Source of the DNA: a virus
Direction: 5' to 3' (one strand)
Virus record (IMG/VR): IMGVR_UViG_3300010388_000350
Span: 1 to 14,866 of that record
Length of the DNA: 14,866 bases
The stretch's first letter is position 1; each line of letters starts with the position of its first letter. Of this stretch, positions 7,076 to 12,199 are shown piece after piece. The position numbers were made by a program, and so were the translations under genes. Under the pieces are notes generated by a model that saw only the letters and a list, made by a program, of their open reading frames with translations, was not told the DNA's origin and did no database searches.

Positions 7076-7744
7076 ATGGGATTTCTAGACAATTACGAAG
7101 GCAACAAAGAGCGAACAGATCGATGGATCGCGACTTACCCTGAAGGCAGACTTGAAGCTCACATCGTTGAATTCAGTGCTGAAAAGGGCTATGTGCTTGT
7201 ACAAGCTAAAGCTTGGCGCAATCAGACTGAAACAGAGCCAGCTGGCATAGATTATGCATACGGCTATCTAGCTGCCTACAACGCGAACATGAAACGCTGG
7301 ATGATCGAGGACACTACGACTTCAGCTTTGATGCGTGTCATGGCACTTGTCATGGGCGGCACTGAAAAGGCTACAAAAGAGACCATGCAACAGGTCGAGA
7401 CGATGAGCACAAAGGTTGCAACAGCTGATGTGAAAAAGGAATATGACTATTGGACAACCAAATTTGGTGATGTGCCATCATGGGATTCACAAGAAGCTGC
7501 ACAGGAAGCTGGTCTGCCTACATTGGGAACAGCTGTCAATGAAATCGCTTCACAGCTAGGCGGTGAGCTAGTCAAAGAAGCTCCACAGTGCCAGCATGGG
7601 CATATGGTGTGGCGCGAAGGCACAAGCCAAAAGACAGGCAAAGCTTGGGCAAATTACAGCTGCACAGAGAAAAACAAAGCAACGCAATGTCAGCCAAATT
7701 GGTATGTGCTGACGAGCGATGGCACATGGAAGCCACAGGTGTGA
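7076..7744 (+). CDS. Early protein of unknown function with a C-terminal Cys/His zinc-ribbon-like module, 222 aa
   Basis: It is a long clean ORF. The N-terminal ~95 aa (ERTDRWIATYPEGRLEAHIVEF...WMIEDTTTSALMRVMALVMGG) resemble, from memory, a recurrent uncharacterised phage early-gene domain. The C-terminus CQHGHMVWREGTSQKTGKAWANYSCTEKNKATQC has metal-ligand spacing. Confidence 0.6.
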   Translation: MGFLDNYEGNKERTDRWIATYPEGRLEAHIVEFSAEKGYVLVQAKAWRNQTETEPAGIDYAYGYLAAYNANMKRWMIEDTTTSALMRVMALVMGGTEKATKETMQQVETMSTKVATADVKKEYDYWTTKFGDVPSWDSQEAAQEAGLPTLGTAVNEIASQLGGELVKEAPQCQHGHMVWREGTSQKTGKAWANYSCTEKNKATQCQPNWYVLTSDGTWKPQV

Positions 7745-7938
7745 TGATGGCTGACTATGTTGAGCTCATAAACCCACAGACCATGACTTGCAAGCTGTTG
7801 TGCAATGGTGAAGTGGTTGAAGAATATGTCGTTGATCGTTGTGACAAGTGCGAAATGATCAAGCGCAAAGATGCTTTTGGCTGGCAAAAAGGCACAGGCG
7901 GCGAAAAGCTCATGTGGTTTTGTGGGTCATGCCGATGA
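7744..7938 (+). CDS. Cys-rich zinc-finger mini-protein, 64 aa
   Basis: ATG 7744 overlaps the upstream stop (TGATG). Six Cys are arranged CxxxC...CxxC...CxxC (TCKLLC, RCDKC, FCGSC). Confidence 0.5.
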   Translation: MMADYVELINPQTMTCKLLCNGEVVEEYVVDRCDKCEMIKRKDAFGWQKGTGGEKLMWFCGSCR

Positions 7939-8423
7939 TCAAGATCAATCTGACACGAGATGATGAGCTTGAATGTGCATCGGTTGCATTTAGGCGAACA
8001 TTTGAAACACCTGAAAAGGTTGATCAGAGCTTTGAAAAGCTCAACACCTTCGATGACATAGCTAGAAACTCTGAAGCCATTGGTGCTGAGATGGCAGCTG
8101 CAAAGCTGTTCGGTTTCAAGGATTGGTCGCCATCAGTGAACACTTTCAAGCGAGAAGCTGATATTGGTTCGAAAATCGAAATCAAGCACACCAAATGGGA
8201 ATCAGGTCATTTGATTATCAAGCCATCAGATCGAGATGAAGATATTGCTGTGTTGGTTACAGGCAAATCACCAACATTCTTTGTCGTTGGATGGATTCCA
8301 GTGGTGATGGCTAAAAAGCCACGATACAAGCATGACAAATCCGAATCATGGTGGGTCTCTCAGCTCAATCTTCAACCCATCGAAAACCTAGCGAGGAGCA
8401 TTTATGGAAACGCTAAACTTTGA
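7935..8423 (+). CDS. PD-(D/E)XK nuclease-fold protein (possible resolvase/endonuclease), 162 aa
   Basis: ATG 7935 overlaps the upstream stop (ATGA); ATG 7929 is an alternative start. There is a helix with Glu (IGAEMAAAKLFGF), then ADIGSKIEIKHTK, which gives a D...E-x-K arrangement. A hydrophobic strand follows (IAVLVTG...FFVVGWI). Confidence 0.45.
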   Translation: MIKINLTRDDELECASVAFRRTFETPEKVDQSFEKLNTFDDIARNSEAIGAEMAAAKLFGFKDWSPSVNTFKREADIGSKIEIKHTKWESGHLIIKPSDRDEDIAVLVTGKSPTFFVVGWIPVVMAKKPRYKHDKSESWWVSQLNLQPIENLARSIYGNAKL

Positions 8424-8565
8424 ATGTCGCGTGTGTAAGAAGGTTACAAAACAGGTCATCATGAAGATCACTGACAACCTTCCAGCTGGCGTTGAGGTGC
8501 TTCAATGCACCAAATGCGAAGTGATGGGTGTTGCACAGATTGGTGTGCATGATGCCAACCTATGA
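8404..8565 (+). CDS. Zinc-ribbon mini-protein, 53 aa (below the ORF-track cutoff)
   Basis: GAGGAG (8393-8398) lies 5 nt before ATG 8404. The sequence is METLNFECRVCKKVTKQVIMKITDNLPAGVEVLQCTKCEVMGVAQIGVHDANL, with CxxC-x23-CxxC. It overlaps the upstream gene by 20 nt and the downstream gene by 14 nt. Confidence 0.45.
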   Translation: METLNFECRVCKKVTKQVIMKITDNLPAGVEVLQCTKCEVMGVAQIGVHDANL

Positions 8566-8728
8566 ATTCAAATGTGGTGTGTGTGGCAACACTGACACAG
8601 TGACAAGATCGATCGATGCTGATGGTGAAATCCCAGCACCACAGTGCCGTGGCTGCACAATCCCGATGGAGCGAATATGGTCATTGGGTGGGATCAGCTT
8701 CAAAGGCACTGGATGGGGTCATCAATGA
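8552..8728 (+). CDS. FmdB-type (CxxC_CxxC_SSSS-like) zinc-ribbon protein, 58 aa
   Basis: The N-terminus MPTYEFKCGVCG, the second pair CRGC 20 residues later and the C-terminal FKGTGW match the hallmark layout of FmdB-family zinc ribbons. The start was chosen at ATG 8552 to give the family-typical MPTYE; ATG 8549 and the track start 8528 are alternatives. Confidence 0.65.
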   Translation: MPTYEFKCGVCGNTDTVTRSIDADGEIPAPQCRGCTIPMERIWSLGGISFKGTGWGHQ

Positions 8729-8729
8729 G

Positions 8730-8738
8730 TTATCCACA
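8730..8738 (+). promoter_or_regulatory. Perfect DnaA-box 9-mer TTATCCACA (copy 1, inside the 13-nt repeat AGTTATCCACAGG 8728-8740)
   Basis: Exact match to the high-affinity DnaA box consensus, read directly from the sequence. Confidence 0.5.
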
Positions 8739-8749
8739 GGGAGAGAAAG

Positions 8750-8758
8750 TTATCCACA
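8750..8758 (+). promoter_or_regulatory. Perfect DnaA-box 9-mer TTATCCACA (copy 2, inside the 13-nt repeat AGTTATCCACAGG 8748-8760)
   Basis: Exact consensus match, in the same orientation as copy 1 and 20 bp downstream of it. Confidence 0.5.
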
Positions 8759-8761
8759 GGC

Positions 8762-8770
8762 TGTGGAAAC
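8762..8770 (-). promoter_or_regulatory. Imperfect inverted DnaA-box-like 9-mer GTTTCCACA (7/9)
   Basis: The top strand reads TGTGGAAAC. It forms the 13-nt palindrome CCACAGGCTGTGG (8754-8766) with copy 2. Confidence 0.35.
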
Positions 8771-8823
8771 ACGCCGAAAACAGGCGCAATTCAATGAAAT
8801 GCAGAGGTGGCTCGGTACGATTC

Positions 8824-9213
8824 ATGCTCGTGAGGCGAGCCGCTGATGCGGATAGCTCGCGATCGAGGCTGAATCTATTGCCATACTTGTGCCTTATAGC
8901 GGCATTGACTTCACAAACGATGCAACCAACACAAGCTGCATCATATTCAATAGATCATTTGAAGCTTTATGCACATTCAAGATTGTTGGACTATAAAGAA
9001 TTCCAGTGTTTCAATCGCATCATCACAAAGGAATCTCGTTGGTCATACACAGCTCGCAATGGGTCACATCATGGGTTGGGTCAGATGAGATCAGAGCACT
9101 ATCGAGACCTCGATCCATATCGTCAAATAGATGCGACCATTCGCTATATAACAAAGCGTTATCAAACACCATGCAAGGCATGGGCATTCCATCAGCTAAG
9201 GAATTACTACTGA
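8824..9213 (+). CDS. Secreted or membrane-anchored lytic-transglycosylase-like (lysozyme-like) protein, 129 aa from ATG 8824
   Basis: The C-terminal domain FNRIITKESRWSYTARNGSHHGLGQM...QIDATIRYITKRYQTPCKAWAFHQLRNYY resembles small SLT/lysozyme-like proteins (catalytic E in ES-x-W, GLGQ, C-terminal AW...Y). It is preceded by a basic n-region and the hydrophobic LNLLPYLCLIAALTS...TQAAS (signal peptide or anchor). The start is uncertain: ATG 8725 (ATGA overlap with the upstream stop) would add 33 basic residues and place the DnaA boxes in coding sequence. Confidence 0.5.
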   Translation: MLVRRAADADSSRSRLNLLPYLCLIAALTSQTMQPTQAASYSIDHLKLYAHSRLLDYKEFQCFNRIITKESRWSYTARNGSHHGLGQMRSEHYRDLDPYRQIDATIRYITKRYQTPCKAWAFHQLRNYY

Positions 9214-9542
9214 TGAGCAATGGTTGGAAGAATGGAAGCACAAGCCGCTGGCGTAAGCTGAGAGCAGCTGTGATCCTGAGAGATGGTGGATGCTGTCAAT
9301 ACTGTGGCTCACAAGAAAACCTTCATGTGGATCACATCATCCCAAAGCGATTGGTTGGAGAAAACGGAGACACGATGGAGAATTTGATCACGGCTTGCAG
9401 ACAGTGCAATTTGAGCAAAGGCGGCAAATTAGCCGAATTAGGCGAAAATCAATCAAAAGGCGGTTTTTTTGGTAAGCACAGGACACCCCCGACTCTCCAT
9501 GTTGGATATATACCCCAAAATGGCAGCGTAAGTCATGACTAA
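9213..9542 (+). CDS. HNH endonuclease (packaging-associated position), 109 aa
   Basis: ATG 9213 overlaps the upstream stop (TGATG). The HNH signature is present: CCQYCGS...LHVDHIIPK...NLITACRQCNLSKG. It lies immediately upstream of, and overlaps, the large terminase gene. Confidence 0.85.
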   Translation: MSNGWKNGSTSRWRKLRAAVILRDGGCCQYCGSQENLHVDHIIPKRLVGENGDTMENLITACRQCNLSKGGKLAELGENQSKGGFFGKHRTPPTLHVGYIPQNGSVSHD

Positions 9543-11037
9543 GGGCGAACAGGTCATGGCACAATGGGTCGCGGTTGAAAGTGGCTCAGATCGGCTCACA
9601 CAGGTTTTTGAGCCGCAATTAGAACCGCTTATTGGCTCAGCAACACCAAGAATCCACACTCCACTGAATGATTTGCCGTCTAGGGGCTTCGAATTGATCG
9701 ATTTCGCTGACACAATCTTTGAAAATGGCTTCATGCCGTGGCAGAAATGGCTTGCTGAACATAGCTTGAAATACAAGCCTGATGGTCGCTGGCAGCATCC
9801 AATCACAGTCACGACTGTTGCAAGGCAGAATGGAAAGAGCACATACATGCTCGCGCTGATTGCAATGAAGCTTTTCCACTGGAATGAATCGCTTCAGGTA
9901 GCTTCAGCTCACAGATTGGTGACATCGCTGGAGCAATTTCGATCTCTCGTGGCAATCATTGAAGCCAATGATGATCTTGCAAAGCGTGTGAAACGCATCC
10001 GCTGGCAGCATGGCGCGGAAGAAATCGAGACTTTGGAAGGCTGTCGATTTGTCATCAAGGCTGGCGGTTCGGCGGCTCGCGGATTGAGCAAGCCTGAAAG
10101 TGTGCATTTGGATGAATTACGCGAAATGCGAGACATCGAATCTTTTGCCAGTTTAAGGTACACCCTGATGGCGGCGAAAAATCCTTCCGTCAGTGCCTTC
10201 ACGAATGCTGGCGATATTCATTCCGTGGTGCTGAATTCTCTCCGTGAAAGAGGGGTCGCAGCGGCGGCAGGTGCAGCTGATGACATTGGCTATTTTGAAT
10301 GGTCAGCGGCAAGCGATGACATCACTGATCCTGAGAATTGGAAAGCTGCCAATCCAGCAATGGGTCACACGATCAATGTGGACAACATCAAAGCTGTGCT
10401 CAATGATCCGCCTGATGTTGTGATGACCGAGGTGCTTTGCAGATGGGTCACATCAATCAACAGCTGTGTGGATTCTGCAAAATGGCAAGCTTGCAGCGAT
10501 GACACTGTGGAGCTTGATCCTGAAAAACTCACATGGCTGGCGATCGATATTTCACCCGACAGAAAACACGCTGCATTGGTGGGGGCTCAGAAGCGTGGGC
10601 TGGATGAAGGCTTCAATGTAAAGCTTCTCCACACATGGACAAATGATCTCCAGCTAGATGACAAAGCGATCGCAAATGATGCGGCTCATTATTGCCGAAA
10701 GTATGCGATGGAATATCTTCTTTTCAGCCGCCGCACTTCAGGTGCTGTTGCAGCTCGAATGCAGCCAGCTGGAATCCCGATCTTTGACATGGATTCGGCG
10801 TATCCACAAGCTTGTGATGAAATGCTCGGTGCTATCAATTCAGGCAGACTTCATCACAAACCGAACTCAGAGCTGACAACACAAATGCTTTCAGCTGTGC
10901 AATTACGCCGTGGCGATGGCGGTTGGGTCATTGGTCGCAGAGCTTCACAAGCTGCCGTGTGTGCAGCTGTGGCGACAGCTTTGGTCACACACTTTGCGAC
11001 ACGCCAAGAGACGGAAATTGATATTTTGGTGGGCTAG
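9535..11037 (+). CDS. Terminase large subunit, 500 aa
   Basis: Walker A-like VARQNGKST, Walker B-like SVHLDELRE and a C-terminal nuclease-type WLAIDISPDRKHAALVGA are present. It is followed by the portal gene. ATG 9556 (MAQWVAVE) is an alternative start. Confidence 0.9.
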   Translation: MTKGEQVMAQWVAVESGSDRLTQVFEPQLEPLIGSATPRIHTPLNDLPSRGFELIDFADTIFENGFMPWQKWLAEHSLKYKPDGRWQHPITVTTVARQNGKSTYMLALIAMKLFHWNESLQVASAHRLVTSLEQFRSLVAIIEANDDLAKRVKRIRWQHGAEEIETLEGCRFVIKAGGSAARGLSKPESVHLDELREMRDIESFASLRYTLMAAKNPSVSAFTNAGDIHSVVLNSLRERGVAAAAGAADDIGYFEWSAASDDITDPENWKAANPAMGHTINVDNIKAVLNDPPDVVMTEVLCRWVTSINSCVDSAKWQACSDDTVELDPEKLTWLAIDISPDRKHAALVGAQKRGLDEGFNVKLLHTWTNDLQLDDKAIANDAAHYCRKYAMEYLLFSRRTSGAVAARMQPAGIPIFDMDSAYPQACDEMLGAINSGRLHHKPNSELTTQMLSAVQLRRGDGGWVIGRRASQAAVCAAVATALVTHFATRQETEIDILVG

Positions 11038-11044
11038 GTGTAAC

Positions 11045-11062
11045 GCCTGAGAAAATTCAGGC
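11045..11062 (+). other. Perfect 6-bp stem / 6-nt loop hairpin (GCCTGA gaaaat TCAGGC) abutting the portal start codon
   Basis: The inverted repeat was read directly. It lies in the 25-nt TerL-portal gap, and no Shine-Dalgarno is visible for the portal ATG at 11063. Confidence 0.3.
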
Positions 11063-12199
11063 ATGGGATTTCGTGATCTATTTGTGCCTACTGTGAAAAC
11101 AGCCGCGCCAGCTGCAATTGCTGATGTTGCAGCTTCACTTGCGCCTGTCAATACAACCGATTCGCTGAATTCATATTGGGTAGCAGCTGGTCAAATAGCT
11201 ACACGCGAAGAAGCTATGTCAATTCCAACAGTCGCTCGCGGCAGAGGAATCATATGCTCATCGATCGCTTCAATCGGCATTGAAGTATGGGATCGATCAA
11301 CAGGCGAAGAAATTGAAGATGTGCCACGCGTATTTCGCACACCTGATCCGCGCATCAATGGTGCAGCCACTTATGTGTGGACAGCGGAAGATTTGCTGTT
11401 TCATGGTTATGCCTATTGGCAGATTACTGAACTTTACAAAGACACGATGCGAATTCGAAGTGTGCAACGCATTGCACCAACACGCGTGACTATCAACACC
11501 AATGCATTGGGAACAGAGATTGTTTCGTACATGGTGGATGGTTCATATGTACCAAATAGCGGTGTTGGTTCACTTGTGGTGTTTTATGGAAACGATGAAG
11601 GACTTCTCAATCGCGCAGGGCGAACAATACGAACAGGCGCAGAATTAGAGAAGGCGGCTGCAAATTATGCTCGCGAGCCAATTCCGTCAATGGTTCTCAA
11701 ATCAAATGGCACAACATTGCCAGCTGACCGCATCAGAGCTTTGCTCGATGCATGGGGAGCTTCTCGCCGTAATCGCAGCACAGCTTTTCTGAATGCTGAT
11801 GTTTCACTTGAAACTGTTGGCTTTGATCCCGAAAAATTGCAGCTCGCTTCAGCGAGAAGTTACATCGCGACCGAGCTTGCAAGAGCAATCGGAATCCCAG
11901 CATTTTTTGTTGATGCTGAAACTGGATCGAGCATGACATATAGCAACAGCGAAACCACAAGAAAAAGCTTGCTGGATTTTTCTTTGCGACCATTGATGAC
12001 AGCCATTGAAGAAAGAATGTCAATGCCGGACTTCTTGCCTTCATCACAAATTGCAAAATTTGATTTGGATTCATACCTACGCGGCAGCGCGGTTGAAAGA
12101 GCCAATGTCTACAAGATTCTCAACAGCATCGTGGATGCTGAAGGAAATGCAGCAATCACAATCGATGAAATCAGAAAAGCAGAGGAGATGATCTCGTGA
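11063..12199 (+). CDS. Portal protein (HK97-family type), 378 aa
   Basis: It lies between the terminase and the protease/capsid gene. The N-terminal region AMSIPTVARGRGIICSSIASIGIEVWD and the later ARSYIATELARAIGIPAFFV are typical of Phage_portal family proteins. Confidence 0.85.
   Translation: MGFRDLFVPTVKTAAPAAIADVAASLAPVNTTDSLNSYWVAAGQIATREEAMSIPTVARGRGIICSSIASIGIEVWDRSTGEEIEDVPRVFRTPDPRINGAATYVWTAEDLLFHGYAYWQITELYKDTMRIRSVQRIAPTRVTINTNALGTEIVSYMVDGSYVPNSGVGSLVVFYGNDEGLLNRAGRTIRTGAELEKAAANYAREPIPSMVLKSNGTTLPADRIRALLDAWGASRRNRSTAFLNADVSLETVGFDPEKLQLASARSYIATELARAIGIPAFFVDAETGSSMTYSNSETTRKSLLDFSLRPLMTAIEERMSMPDFLPSSQIAKFDLDSYLRGSAVERANVYKILNSIVDAEGNAAITIDEIRKAEEMIS

Noticed and set aside
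6895-7092. 65-aa minus-strand ORF
   Set aside because: It is antisense to a + strand 52-aa ORF that has an RBS, a clear TM helix and tight coupling to the next gene. It would also be the only minus-strand gene and would overlap the 7076 start.
8616-8846. 76-aa + strand ORF overlapping the FmdB-like gene and the DnaA-box region
   Set aside because: It has no RBS and no recognisable motif, and it overlaps a motif-supported gene in another frame. It cannot be fully excluded as coding for the 8729-8846 part.
9464-9470. T7 run (GGTTTTTTTGG) inside the HNH gene as a second frameshift or slippage site
   Set aside because: It reads in frame as Gly-Phe-Phe-Gly. Neither alternative frame opens a meaningful ORF, because the terminase start follows within 70 nt.
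9453-10202. Minus-strand ORFs within the terminase gene (9453-9848, 9637-9879, 9904-10107, 9909-10202), and similar ones in the portal and capsid genes (11733-12105, 12411-12737, 12894-13103, 13424-13606)
   Set aside because: They are all embedded antisense in motif-supported genes, with no RBS and no recognisable domains.
10666-10673. One exact HIP1 octamer GCGATCGC, plus several 7/8 near-matches, suggesting a cyanobacterial host
   Set aside because: A single copy in 14.8 kb is far below the density seen in HIP1-rich cyanobacterial genomes, so it is not usable as host evidence.
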